Shown here: positions 39,982 through 51,231 of the stretch, piece after piece
How the letters are laid out: every line of letters begins with the position of its first letter
How positions within the stretch are numbered: the stretch's first letter is position 1
Assembly (NCBI GenBank): GCA_019343175.1
Contig: CM033278.1
Coordinates: 14,993,400 to 15,057,399, forward strand
Source of the DNA: Oedothorax gibbosus
Lineage: Eukaryota
Direction: 5' to 3'
Length of the DNA: 64,000 nt
Translations under genes and position numbers: made by a program
The notes under the pieces: generated by a model
Told to the model about the DNA's origin: nothing
The model's input: the letters and a program-made list of their open reading frames with translations, nothing else
Database searches by the model: none

Positions 39982-40279
39982 GTAAGTTTTTTTTATATAC
40001 TGTTTATACTTGTATAGGGATCGACTGATGGCGCTTTTTGTCGTAACCGATTTTGTTAACCGATTTTTTAAAAATACGATGAGCCGATTATTTTTTCTTT
40101 CCATCGGCTAATTGCCGATGCCAATGGCTGATGGGAAAAAATCGAATACAAAATTTGTTTATCTCATGCGAAAACAACCAAAACATGCGATATAACTGCG
40201 ATAATCTATTTTTGAATATTTTTTTATGTTTTATCTTTAATTTAGGAGTTGTGCTTTAGTTTATTTGATAATTAGAGTT

Positions 40280-40600
40280 CGGCAGACTTACGTGAAATCA
40301 TAACGTTGTGAACCGGCATTTGTCCTCTTTTGCGATTTTGCCGCAAATAAGCAGAAATTATCAGGCGACAATGATTGAGCAATTCGTCATAAACTAAAAT
40401 TAATAACGGACACCACTGGAATTTTGCCACAACTAACCAAAAACTAAGAGGCTTTGAAGTTTGGTTGACAGATTCGTCGTGAACTAAAACTATAAATGTA
40501 ACTAGACGCTTCTACTACGGCTTTCGTCGCGAACTAGCAAATATTACGAGGCGAAGTTTGATTGAACGATCAGTCCTGAACTATATTGTAACGTACGGTA
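40280..40600. repeat. Intronic short tandem repeat (about 55 bp x4: '..ttcgtcRYgaactaRNa..').
   Basis: Four successive units: 'caattcgtcataaactaaaa', 'cagattcgtcgtgaactaaaac', 'ggctttcgtcgcgaactagcaaa', 'gaacgatcagtcctgaactata'. Confidence 0.5.
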
Positions 40601-41082
40601 ACGTATTTTAAACTTTCCATTATGAGGTTTTGATAATCAAAATATTTCATTCATTGTTAGTTAGAATCAATGCGGCAATAATCAAACCTAAAAATCATCT
40701 TTTTATAAAACTCAAAACACGGGTTAATTAGATTTCATTAAAAAAAATAAGCACTTCATTTGATTTATTTTTAGTTAGTTTTAGTACTATTCACACTTTA
40801 ATGCAGTATTTATATAAAAATAACTATAATAAATTAAAAATGATATTTTTACTGTATAAAGAATAAGTATTTGATTCTTTTGAGTGATTGTGTTAAAAGT
40901 TTATCATCTTTTTTGTTTGTGAATTTGTTCAAAACTAGAAAGTTTTAAATTGTCAAATGTTAGTGGGCAATCTTTAAAAGGTTTTGTTTGTAAACTTTCT
41001 TAATAATTGAACTAACATTGTGTTGCATAAGTTTCATCCCGAGAACCTATACATTTTATTTACTTTTATTATATTTTTACAG

Positions 41083-41155
41083 TGGAAATGACACCAAGCC
41101 TTGCTCTGGACGAGGAGCTTGCAGGTGTGGAGAATGTGAATGTTTTAAACGTCAA
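41083..41155 (+). CDS. Integrin beta, exon 13 (FGNDTKPCSGRGACRCGECECFKRQ).
   Basis: tttttacag| acceptor, caa|GTAAGT donor. EGF-like cysteine pattern. Confidence 0.75.
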
Positions 41156-41318
41156 GTAAGTTTTCAATCCAAGTCTCATTGATATTTTAATTAAAGTTTT
41201 TATATTAAATGAAGATTCAAAATATATGCTATTGTCTCTTCATTTTTTATTTTTAAAATTCCATTTGAGTGTTTCATTTAAAAATTCTTGTTGATTGATA
41301 TAAAGATGTCTCTCCTTA

Positions 41319-41401
41319 GAACCCAGATGAGAAAGTAACTGGAAAGTTTTGTGAATGTGACAATTACTCTTGTGATAGGGCTGATGGAAAAATCTGTGCT
41401 G
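41319..41401 (+). CDS. Integrin beta, exon 14 ([27 protein letters not shown]). It contains an apparent +1 frameshift in the GGG run at 41340-41342.
   Basis: beta1 has the contiguous '[28 protein letters not shown]'. Here 'NPDEKVTG' is in one frame and '[19 protein letters not shown]' is in the +1 frame. Removing one g from 'actGGGaaag' restores 'T G K F C E C'. Confidence 0.7.
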
Positions 41402-41643
41402 GTGAGTTGAAATTTTTAAAGTACTTTTACTAAGCTTCTATTAGTATAAACCATCCACACATCATTTTTGTAGCCTTCGAAAAACATAAATATTTTTCTG
41501 TTTCAATGTTGTTGTTGTAATATTTACTTCAACAAAGCTTCAAATTTTGAATGACAGTTTTTGTTTTATTTTACTTTTATGAATAGGATAGGATTTTAGT
41601 GAATTATTAATTAAATATTCATTTTATGGTAATTCCAATGTAG

Positions 41644-41753
41644 GTCCTGAACAAGGTACATGTGACTGTGGTAAATGTAAGTGCAAGCCTGGATGGAAAG
41701 GATCAGATTGTAACTGCAGAGATACCAATGAAACTTGCATGGCTTCAAATGGG
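41644..41753 (+). CDS. Integrin beta, exon 15 (GPEQGTCDCGKCKCKPGWKGSDCNCRDTNETCMASNG).
   Basis: Matches beta1 '[35 protein letters not shown]'. Acceptor tgtag|, donor ggg|GTAGGA. Confidence 0.85.
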
Positions 41754-42237
41754 GTAGGATATCTAATTGTATTATTATGATTTTTTTTGTAATGTTGTTG
41801 TTAAAAATATTTATGTAAATATTGTAAATTAAAAGTTTTAACACAGCTACATATTATACTACTATGACAAAGTTCTGTATTTATATATATATTTAATGCA
41901 TAGTGTGCTAAATATTTTTTTTTATATATAACATTGAAGAATTATTTACTATAAAATACAGTTTGTATATAGTATAATATATATTTTATAGGAGGAAGGC
42001 TATATTTTTTTACAAATTAAATTATTACAAAATCAGTGTATACATATATTTATAGAGCAAAAATCATTTAGCAATAGTTTGAAATTATATTTAGGGTTTG
42101 ATTTCCATACGATATTCATGATTTTGTTGTTTAAATTAAATGTTTTATTTTTTAATATTCAATTCATATTGAGCTGCATAAAATTATAGATACTTAAATC
42201 ACATATATAATTTCATTTAATTAATTCAATTGTTTAG

Positions 42238-42336
42238 AAAATCTGCAGTGGCCATGGAGATTGTGTGTGTGGAGCTTGCAAGTGCTATGATTTAGAAGAA
42301 GGAAGATACAGTGGAACTTTTTGCGAGAGATGCCCT
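42238..42336 (+). CDS. Integrin beta, exon 16 ([33 protein letters not shown]).
   Basis: Matches beta1 '[30 protein letters not shown]'. Acceptor gtttag|, donor cct|GTAAGA. Confidence 0.85.
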
Positions 42337-42408
42337 GTAAGATTTTTTTAAAATCTGAATAGTAAAACTTAAAAATATTGAAAAATACTTATAATTATAT
42401 GTATAACT

Positions 42409-43380
42409 AGCAAATTTATACCCGTTCTTCGCACGGAATAAAAAAATATCAAATAGATTCCAAATATGTTTACGAAAAACCCTGTTATAGGATCATAAAC
42501 TTATTATTGTTTTCGCTCGTTATAAATTATAAAATCCCGTTTCATTGCCTTAAAATTCCAAAATGAAAAATACGCTATAAAATGCACTCATAAATGTCAT
42601 CACAATTCCCTTATAAATACATAAAACCTTTTAGCTCATTTGGCGCGTTTTGGGAAATAATTTGGCGAGAAAATAGATATAGCTACCCACACCCATTATA
42701 CAGCTATAACACAATGACCTTCGAACAACCGACCATCTTATAAATTATTTATAAAAGAAATTGCCTATTTGGCGAATTTTAGTTAATAATTTGGCCACGT
42801 AATTGGCGAAAAAATAAAGAAATAAAACACTAATAGCTCTAGTGCGATGGCCTTTATTAACCATCATAGTTCAGTAATAGCTTAACTATACATTTATTGC
42901 TTAAATATGCATACATGCAGTCAACAGAAAAATCAATGAAAAAATCATCAAATAAACCCACAAAAAAATCCGGGAATGAAGACTGGCGGAATTACGTCAC
43001 TTGAAAAATGTCAATTATTTTTCAAATAATGAATTTAGTTTCTGAAAGTAATGGCAAAAGAATAAAATAAACAGTTTGAATTTTAAATGTTTTCGTTAAA
43101 AGTTTTATTTAATTTTTTCAGCCGATGGCATCAGGAAAGAGAAAAAATTATCGGATTTGAGCGAAAGTGGTGTATTTTTTTCAGAAAATTCGAATTTTCT
43201 CTAAAAATGGAACAAATATGAAAAAACTAAGCCTCAGGTGCACACGTTGGTATTAAAGGGAATCTATCTTAAAAATTTTGAATTTCTGAGGGCAGTATAA
43301 GTAGGTCTTTTACGATCCGAAGACAAACAGACACACACAGACAGACTCTTTTTTTTTATTATTATAGATGTCAAATAATG
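42409..43380 (+). repeat. Full-length copy of the unclassified ~1-kb interspersed repeat, in integrin intron 16. No obvious TIRs, LTRs or coding capacity.
   Basis: Shares 5' end 'tagcaaat..ataccMgttcttcgcacggaataaaaa' with 34805 and 3' end '...tttattattatagat' with 9300. Aligns over about 970 bp to 8336-9300. Confidence 0.6.
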
Positions 43381-43600
43381 CTAATTGAAAAAAAGCAAAA
43401 GTTTATATCCATTTAGTTAACAAAGACTGTTACATTTAAATTTTATGCACTTAAATATTGTTTCAAGAAAACGAATACTTTTCTATAGCTCATACCTATG
43501 TATATACTAAACATCTAAAGTACAGGGTTTCCGAGCATATGAATAGTCTTGAATTTGAGCCAAAAACGACTAAAAGTTATGAAAAATTGTATATTTTTAT

Positions 43601-44095
43601 CAGGGATTGGAAAGTTACTTTAAAAAAGTAACTCTGTTACAGTTACAGTTACTTAATATGAAAAGTAACACGTTACAGTTACTTAGTACGAAAAGTAACG
43701 ATTCACAGTTACTTTTTGAAATTTCAAGTTATGAGAAAAATTGTAATTTAGCCATCTTACCATTTTTCAAAGAAAATCATTATTAACGAAACAATTTCAC
43801 AACTCTGGCTGCCGTTAGCAGCCAAAGTGGACAATGCTAGTTTGCTTTTTCCCTCCCAAGAAAAGCTGAGATTTCGGGAATGCGAAATGTTCCCTCTCTC
43901 TTAGGAGTGGAATTTATAAATAGCATCAAGACAGCCTTCGGAAAGTAACGAAAAGTAACGCAATTTTTCGTTACTTCGTTACCGCTAAAAGTAACTAAGT
44001 AACAGTTACAGTTACTTTCTGAAAAATGTAACGGCGTTACCCGACGTTGCCTAAAAAAAGTAACTGTTACAAGTAACGCGTTACTCCAATCCCTG
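43601..44095. mobile_element. Non-autonomous hAT-type MITE (about 495 bp), in integrin intron 16. TIRs are 'CAGGGATTGGAAAGTTAC...' and '...GTAACGCGTTACTCCAATCCCTG'. It is flanked by a perfect 8-bp TSD 'atttttat'.
   Basis: The TSD is at 43593-43600 and 44096-44103. 8-bp TSDs and CAGGG termini are hAT hallmarks. The interior is rich in GTAAC/GTTAC subrepeats. Internal ORF 43837-44220(-) has no homology and is presumed spurious. Confidence 0.7.
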
Positions 44096-46279
44096 ATTTT
44101 TATGAATTTCGAAACATCTTGTAAAATTACGAAATATGTTGCCTTAAACACCGCATATCGGTTAAGTTTGTATTTACATTGAGTTGTAAGCAGAGTTCGA
44201 TTTAAGCGGTATCTCATCACAATTTTCTATGCAAATACACTGAAACAGCAAAAAAATACTCAACCGATTCGCTAGAACTGCTATGCATATTTTTTTTAAC
44301 GATTGTTTACTTTTTCTTCGCATCGTAATTCGGTGAAACTAAACTTAAATATCAATAAACAATAAGTTCAAATAACAGATTCTAATAATAAAGGTATAAA
44401 TTTTAATTAAAATGTGAAGATGAATTAAGATTGGATTACACTTGGATGTCTTCAAATCTCAACCAGCCAGTGCAATCTCCCATTAGAAGAGGAGTCCAAT
44501 AATACTTCCTGATTTACTTATTTAGCTGCCTAGTAATTTTCACGTAATCAGTCGATGACGTCACATTGCATCAGAATGATTGACAGTTCTTTGGCTCTGC
44601 GTGATCAGAAGAGTGTCTCGTTTTATTTTTGTAGCTCTGGTTCAGGCCAAGTCGGACGAACCAGAATATTTTCTTCCGCTCACGCTGTCCGTGATCACCT
44701 GAACACCTTGAATAAATAAATACTTTTTGTTAACGTTTGACCTTTTTTTCTACTTCGTCGTATACTAGGGTTTCTGATTTTAGACAATTTTTAGTTTTAA
44801 AAAAATGGTGTGTCAACCTATACACACGTTTATAAATTTAGATGTTTTGTTGTTAGTAAATTTTGAGCCCTTGAATTTTTTTGAAAAAATGCTTGAATAT
44901 TTTTCCTAGCAAATGTATGAACCATGTTAATAAGGAATTGAATAAGGCATTAATAAGTTAATAAGGCATTGAATAACCAAAAGTTGGGGATTTCTATTCC
45001 AAAGAGGCAGTCAAGAATTTAATTTTGAAAGACCTAGTGACTAAATATTTAGCCTTAATGGAACTGCCTGGAATGGAATGTTCCTGTCCATGTTCATAGA
45101 CAAATCTGATGAAGATGACCCCCCCAACACCATAAATAAAAGTATATGTAGTTATTTTAAAGTGTTTATATAGAAATTAGTACATTTAGTAGCATAGTAT
45201 TATATAATTATATAAATTTGTCATGTCATGATTCATAAAAAAATTATCAATGTATTATTAAGCTATGCTGCTAAACAAATTTACTCAACTTCTACACAAA
45301 TGATACGTGTAACAGTTGAGTAGTTATATTTGCTGTTTCTTTTATTTTTAGTTCAGATTCTTATTTTCCTATACTTGGTTTAGATATGCAAAGAAATAAT
45401 TGTTTACTCAATATAAAAGTATATTTTAGAATATAATACATTGCACATCAAATTTCATAATGACTCGAATTGAAATTTTTCTTATTTTTGGACCGATTCC
45501 TTGAGTCATGAAAATTGTTAATTTTAGTAATGAATAGTCATGAATTTGAAACATTTCATTTTGGTAGAAACCCTGAAAGTAGATTGTTAAAAAGAAAATC
45601 TGAAATTTGTCAGGCATATCATCTAATAATTGTGAAATATATATTACAAACTATATTCTTACTATTTTCTTAAATGATCTCATCCTTATATGCATGATTC
45701 GAACAACATATTTTTTGTTTGGAACAACTGAATTTTCTATTTTTAGTCGTAACCAGTGCTAGAAGGGTGTTATAGACGCGGAGTGACGCGTCCCCCACTT
45801 TTTGTGACCAAGCATCCCCTTACTTCTAATAACACTTTAGTCAATCCCCGACTTTTTAAAAATATTTTTTAGCTGCTTTGAACTTAAACAAAAATATTTA
45901 AAACCCATTTATCGGTATAGTTATTGACGTTTAGACAGGCTGTCAGTTCCAGCTAATTGTGCAACAGCTCTAAATCTCTTTTTTAAGCTGCCACTAAATT
46001 ACACAATAAAGTAATATTATAAATACTGCATCTCATGTGCAGAGCATGCTTCTGCAGAATGCCTTCTAAAACCAGGATGCAGAATATGGATTAAAATTTA
46101 TAATATGATTCTAGTCCAAAAGAAATTAATAAATAGCATTTTTTTAAAATATGGGATGGGAAGGTTCTTGCAGTAAAAATTATGGACGTCTCCCCACTTT
46201 TTTTTCTACACTTCTACCACTGGTCATAACTGATATTTTGTTTCTGGTGTCTTGTTTACTAATGATTGCACTCTTTTAG

Positions 46280-46409
46280 ACCTGTCCCTTGAAGTGTGAT
46301 GCCTTCAGAGATTGTGTTGAATGCCAAATCTTCCCTGATGACAACTCGGTACCTGCAGAAAACTGCACCGCCTGTTCTTTCATTACCATTGGCGTAGATA
46401 AAGTTGAAA
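46280..46409 (+). CDS. Integrin beta, exon 17 (TCPLKCDAFRDCVECQIFPDDNSVPAENCTACSFITIGVDKVE; phase 1 end).
   Basis: Matches beta1 '[40 protein letters not shown]'. Acceptor ctcttttag|, donor a|GTATGT. Confidence 0.85.
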
Positions 46410-46870
46410 GTATGTGTTAAATTTTTTTTATTTGGCTTTTTATAACTTAAAAATTCTTTTTTAAAAATGTTGCGTTTACTTTATAGGAAAATATATTCTT
46501 TTACTGTGCTGTTTATTTTTTTAAATATTTCGCGTTTCCTCAATGCTTATTTTTTTTTGCATAGAGTTTAGTTACTCATTTTTGTGGAATACATTAAAAA
46601 AATATTTTAAAGATTTGCGATTAGAGTTTTTAAGCAAGAAAAAAATACATTATTGGTACTTTTAATTTTTTTCTGAGCTATTATTATTGTAATATTCCAG
46701 TGTAAGTTTTAAACATGAGAAACTGGTACTAACCAGGTAATAGTTTTAATTTTATGGGTTCACTGTGGCACTTAATAAGTATTATCAGCCAAATATTTTG
46801 GGTATGTACACTCTGAGTCATACTTAAATTAAAAATTTCTGAAATAACTTAACAAAAAATATTTAAACCA

Positions 46871-47100
46871 AATCCTCCCTGATGACAACTCGGTACCTGC
46901 AGAAAACTGCACCGCCTGTTCTTTCATTACCATTGGCGTAGATAAAGTTGAAAGTATGTGTTAAAAATTTTTTATTTGGCTTTTTATAACTTAAAAATTC
47001 TTTATTAAAAATGTTGCGTTTACTTTATAGGAAAATATATTCTTTTACTGTGCTGTTTATTTTTTAAAATATTTCGCGTTTCCTCAATGCTTATTTTTTT
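46871..47100 (+). repeat. Partial duplicate of integrin exon 17 (3' 95 nt, including the donor) plus about 135 bp of downstream intron (copy of 46313-46558). It directly abuts the LINE 5' truncation point.
   Basis: 'atcctccctgatgacaactcggtacctgcagaaaactgcaccgcctgttctttcattaccattggcgtagataaagttgaaagtatgtgttaaa...' repeats 46313 onward at about 97% identity. The copies diverge exactly at 47101, where the LINE sequence starts. Confidence 0.8.
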
Positions 47101-48925
47101 ATCAGAGTGAAGTATAACAAATCCCTCTCAAGGAGTTTCAGGATCTTTCACGGGGTTCCCCAAGGATCAGTTCTGAGCCCAACTCTATTCACACTTTACT
47201 TATCAGGCATTGAGAGTATTATCAAAGGGAAATGCGAGGTCGGCGCTTTTGCGGATGACATTGTCCTTTGGAAGTCCGATTCCGACGTGACGAAGTTAGA
47301 GAGAGAGATTAATCTAGTCCTTGAGAGCATCCAGAATTTCTCTGAAGACCACAAACTGTGCTTTAATCCAACTAAGTCCTCGGTTAGCTTCTTCACAACC
47401 AACAGAAAGCTTTATAATTTCCATCCTAATATCTTATTGAACGATCAACAACTGACTCTGGATAAACATCCAAAATATTTAGGCTTTGTGTTAGACCCTG
47501 AGATTCTGGGAAATAAACATATCGATCATCTTGTGCTGAAGGCAAGAAAGCGGCTTAGCCTCTTGAGGTATATATCAGGGCGTGATTGGGGTGCTGACGC
47601 TGGTACTCTCAGAACAACATACATCTCACTAATTCGACCCATCTTGGAATTTGGCATTCCAATTTATTGTTGTGCCTCAGATTCAAATCTTGAGAAACTT
47701 GAAAAGGTCCAGCTTTGCGCTGCTCGGATCATCACTGGGCTAAGAAATACGTGCCCCAGGGACATTGTGCTTTTCGAGGCAGACCTACAACCCCTAGAAC
47801 TTAGGAGACATGCCTGCCTATCAAAATACTACAACAAACTAAGTGCTCTAGGTTCATACAATCGCACCGCCACCTACTTCAAAAACTGGCGTAATAATCA
47901 GAGACTCAAGAGACACAGTCCCTTCAGCCAATTGGTTACTTTTAATCTTGTTGATGATGCAGTGGAGCCGCACCACCTAGCACAGTGCCTCGACCCGGTT
48001 GATGATCTTGGTGATGTCTTTTTCCATACTGAATTACCAGTACATGTCAATAAACAAACAGATCTTCCGGTCTTTCTAAAGCAACTTGCTCTTGAGAGAA
48101 TCAGAGAGATTCCAAATGATGCCATTCAGGTCTACACGGATGGCAGCAGAAATGACTATAACCGATCTGGCAGTGGAATTTACATCAAATTTCAAAGCCA
48201 TGACTTAAGGATACAGAGGAAAAATCCTGAATACTGCTCAGTTTTTCGCAGTGAACTGATAGCCATCGACGAAGCCCTTGGTCTTCTTGCGTCTCTTCCC
48301 CATGGAAACGAGATTTGGATTCTGTCTGATAGCAGAAGCGCATTACAGCACCTGAGAGATTGGCAGGGTGTGAGAGACAATGTGGGAGTGACAATTCTTA
48401 ACAAGTTAAAACGGCTTTCCATGTCACATCAGATTCATCTGCAGTGGATCCCCTCCCACGTCGATATTGAGGGGAACGAGATCGCGGACAATTTAGCAAA
48501 GGCTGGTGCTGGCGAGGCCTCTGTTCCGTCAGCGCCTCTCACCTTTTCGGAGATACACTCAAAGATTAAACACAAGAACAGGACTACTTGGATTGTCCCC
48601 AAAGTGCACCATTGGTATCAATGTTCGCGTCCTGGAAGCTCCCTTGCTCCTGGCTTTAATAGACAGGATCAAACTGCTCTTGCCCGCTTTCGAAGTGGCC
48701 ACCTTATGACATTGAAATTTAATGAGGGATCCAGGAGCTTCGAAATTTGTTCTAACTGATTTTTTGAGCAGGCTTCGCCTGATCACATACTCGCGTGCCT
48801 GGGGCTCTCCAAGCAGGATTTTGACGACGACCCTTTAATGGTGTTGGACTTTCTGAGGGTGTACGATGTCATGGACCTGGTCTAGCACTGCTGGCCTCCG
48901 GGGGCATGCAACAACAACAACATTT
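47101..48925 (+). mobile_element. 5'-truncated non-LTR retrotransposon (LINE) of the RNase H-containing I/R1-like clade. It sits in sense orientation in integrin intron 17 and ends in (CAA)4.
   Basis: ORF 47107-48759 encodes RT motifs ('FADDIVLW' = YxDD box; 'SPTLFTLYL' before it) followed by RNase H ('IQVYTDGS...ELIAIDEAL...WIPSHVDIEGNEIADNLAK') and 'ALARFRSGH' (the LTRLRTGH-like Cys/His region of I/R1 elements). The N-terminal RT motifs, endonuclease and ORF1 are absent, so the element is truncated. Confidence 0.85.
47107..48759 (+). CDS. Reverse transcriptase (C-terminal part) + RNase H ORF of the truncated LINE, 550 aa.
   Basis: From the provided ORF and the motifs listed above. Confidence 0.8.
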   Translation: MKYNKSLSRSFRIFHGVPQGSVLSPTLFTLYLSGIESIIKGKCEVGAFADDIVLWKSDSDVTKLEREINLVLESIQNFSEDHKLCFNPTKSSVSFFTTNRKLYNFHPNILLNDQQLTLDKHPKYLGFVLDPEILGNKHIDHLVLKARKRLSLLRYISGRDWGADAGTLRTTYISLIRPILEFGIPIYCCASDSNLEKLEKVQLCAARIITGLRNTCPRDIVLFEADLQPLELRRHACLSKYYNKLSALGSYNRTATYFKNWRNNQRLKRHSPFSQLVTFNLVDDAVEPHHLAQCLDPVDDLGDVFFHTELPVHVNKQTDLPVFLKQLALERIREIPNDAIQVYTDGSRNDYNRSGSGIYIKFQSHDLRIQRKNPEYCSVFRSELIAIDEALGLLASLPHGNEIWILSDSRSALQHLRDWQGVRDNVGVTILNKLKRLSMSHQIHLQWIPSHVDIEGNEIADNLAKAGAGEASVPSAPLTFSEIHSKIKHKNRTTWIVPKVHHWYQCSRPGSSLAPGFNRQDQTALARFRSGHLMTLKFNEGSRSFEICSN

Positions 48926-49193
48926 CTGAAATTTACTCCTACCATTCATAGTTTAAATTAGTTGAACATTTTTTATTTCAACATCTGAAGAATTTAAGTA
49001 TAAAAATGTATAGTTGTATTGTTACTATGATGTTGTGCTACTAAAAATAAATTGCTTGAAAACAAATTGTCATAACATTAACTTATTACTTCATGCCAAA
49101 GAGCTTTAAATATATTTTAATTTGCAAAAATAATGTAATATTTAATTTATTTGATGTTTAGTTTCTGAAGTTAATCAAAATTTGATGTTTTAG

Positions 49194-49313
49194 TTAAGGA
49201 AGAAGAAAATGAAAAGCTCTGTGTTTTCCGAGACGATAGAGACTGCCAGTTTACTTTTAAATACAAGCTAGATGATGAAGACCAACCCATTGTTCATGCA
49301 CAACGTACAAAAG
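49194..49313 (+). CDS. Integrin beta, exon 18 (beta-tail domain: IKEEENEKLCVFRDDRDCQFTFKYKLDDEDQPIVHAQRTK).
   Basis: Matches beta1 '[29 protein letters not shown]'. Acceptor ttttag|, donor g|GTAAAT. Confidence 0.8.
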
Positions 49314-50238
49314 GTAAATTGTTGCATTTAGCCATATCTTTAAATTTTTGTTTAAAAGTTTAAGAGGAAATTTGTTGAATAGACTATAAAAAGTCTGTTA
49401 AACTCAATTATTGAAAAGTACAGGTTTCTTAAGTAACTAGGATTGTAAGGCCTCGAAGTGATTTGATTAGCAAGACTATTTGACATACGGTGCAATGATG
49501 TTAAGAACTGTATTTTTTTTATCAAAGTGTTTGTTATATCTTTTTATAAATTAGTACCAAGAAAATAACATGATTATTGTTTATACAACTATAAAAGTTG
49601 TGCATGTTTGGTTTATTAAACCCATAGGTAAATAAAAAGAAACTGTAAACATAAAAAGTGAGGACAACCTAAAGTTAATCCTGGCTGGCTTAACCGTGAA
49701 ACAACATATGACCCTGATTTTTTAAACTTGGCATCCTTCATTTTACAAAAACTATCTGCTTCTTCTATGTGTATTATGTAAAGTGTTAGCATAAAACTCT
49801 CGTGTAGCTCAGTGTGAAGATAATTGAACCACAATAAAGTTATCATTTAACTAGCCATTTTTTGACAAACAGGTATTTCTAAGTCGTTATTCCATTCATC
49901 TTGGACGCGTGTCATTTCTTTTAAAAATTAAATTTTATCATATTTAACCTGTGAAACTGTTGAATTTGTTTAAAAGTAGATAAGATTAATGAAAAATGTA
50001 TTATGTTTATGTATTAGATTTACTAGAACATTTATTCCAAAGAATATTTATTCTATTCAATCTAAAATACATAATACATTTCCTATAAATTATTTTGTTG
50101 ATATATTTCTTGCTTCTATGCCAAATTAGTTTCAAATTTTTTAATTATGATAACTTAACATTATAAGAATTAAGTTTAATTTATTATTTTTATTTCTGTA
50201 CTTTCAAAACAATACTATGAGAGCATTATTTGTTTCAG

Positions 50239-50405
50239 ATTGCCCTGAACCTGTCAATATACTTGCCATTGTCCTGGGTGTCATTGGTGGAATTATTGCC
50301 ATTGGTCTTGCCTTACTATTGATCTGGAAGCTCCTCACTACCATACATGATCGGAGGGAGCTGGCTAAGTTTGAGAAGGAACGTCAAATGGCCCGTTGGG
50401 ATACC
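50239..50405 (+). CDS. Integrin beta, exon 19 (transmembrane helix + membrane-proximal tail: [56 protein letters not shown]).
   Basis: Near-identical to Drosophila betaPS and human beta1 'WKLLxxIHDRREFAKFEKExxxAKWDT'. Overlaps ORF 50217-50465. Acceptor gtttcag|, donor acc|GTAAGT. Confidence 0.95.
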
Positions 50406-50509
50406 GTAAGTTTTAAAATAATTTCAGTTTGCTACTATGAAAATATATATTTGTTAGCTTTGTAAAATTTAATGCAAAAACTTTTTGTGTCTTCGCTGAT
50501 AGAAATTTC

Positions 50510-50954
50510 CAGGGAATGGAGTAACGTGTTACTTGTAACAGTTACTTTTTTAGGTAATGACAAGTAATGCTGTTAGATTTCTGAAAGTAACTGTAACTAA
50601 TTACCATTAGCGGTAACGAAGTAATGGAAAATTTCATTACTTTTCTGTTACTTGGTTGGTGATCTCTCCCAATAAAGGAAAGCTGTCGAATGCCAATTTT
50701 TAGATGCAACTTCTTTTAAAATTAAATAGTTTTTTTTTAATTTATCCTAATTGCAGTGTTTTGTTTGTGCTTATGTTTCGTTAATCTTGGTTCTCCTTGA
50801 GAAACAGTAAGATGATTAAATTGGAATTTTTCTTATAATTTGAAATTTCTAAAAAAGTAACTGTAACATTTACTTTTTAAAAGTAACTTTTAAATTCTTT
50901 TAAAGTTACTTTTTAAAAAAACTTAAAGCGTAACGTAACTTTTTAAATTCCTTG
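50510..50954. mobile_element. Second copy of the hAT-type MITE family, in integrin intron 19.
   Basis: The left terminus 'cagggaatggagtaacgtgttacttgtaacagttactttttt' is nearly identical to the reverse complement of 44060-44095. Interior is GTAAC-rich. The right terminus is degenerate ('..aaattccttg') and the flanks are about 7-8 bp 'gaaatttc'/'aaatttct'. Confidence 0.6.
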
Positions 50955-51162
50955 AAATTTCTATAAACTTTCATAAGTTTACAAATCAAAGTATCATAAT
51001 GAACAACTATGAAATGTTACTCCTAGAAAAGAGTACCTTAACCACCTTTTTTAGTTGAAGAATTCATTTTACTCAAAGTTTCCCATTGATATTTTATTTA
51101 TGCTTTTACGAAGTATTTGTAAATTCGTATAAAGTTAATACATTTTTTATGTATCATTCTAG

Positions 51163-51231
51163 GGAGAAAACCCCATCTATAAGCAAGCAACATCCACATT
51201 TAAGAACCCTATGTACAGCGGCAAACAGTAA
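51163..51231 (+). CDS. Integrin beta, terminal exon (GENPIYKQATSTFKNPMYSGKQ*, two NPxY motifs).
   Basis: 'TGENPIYKQATSTFKNPMY' is the canonical integrin beta tail. Acceptor attctag|, stop TAA at 51229-51231. Candidate AATAAA at 51779. Confidence 0.9.
   Translation, partial: GENPIYKQATSTFKNPMYSGKQ

Noticed and set aside
43837-44220. 127-aa ORF on the minus strand inside the hAT MITE.
   Set aside because: It is too short for a transposase, has no DDE or hATC motifs, and the element is only about 495 bp. I treat it as a non-autonomous element with a chance ORF.
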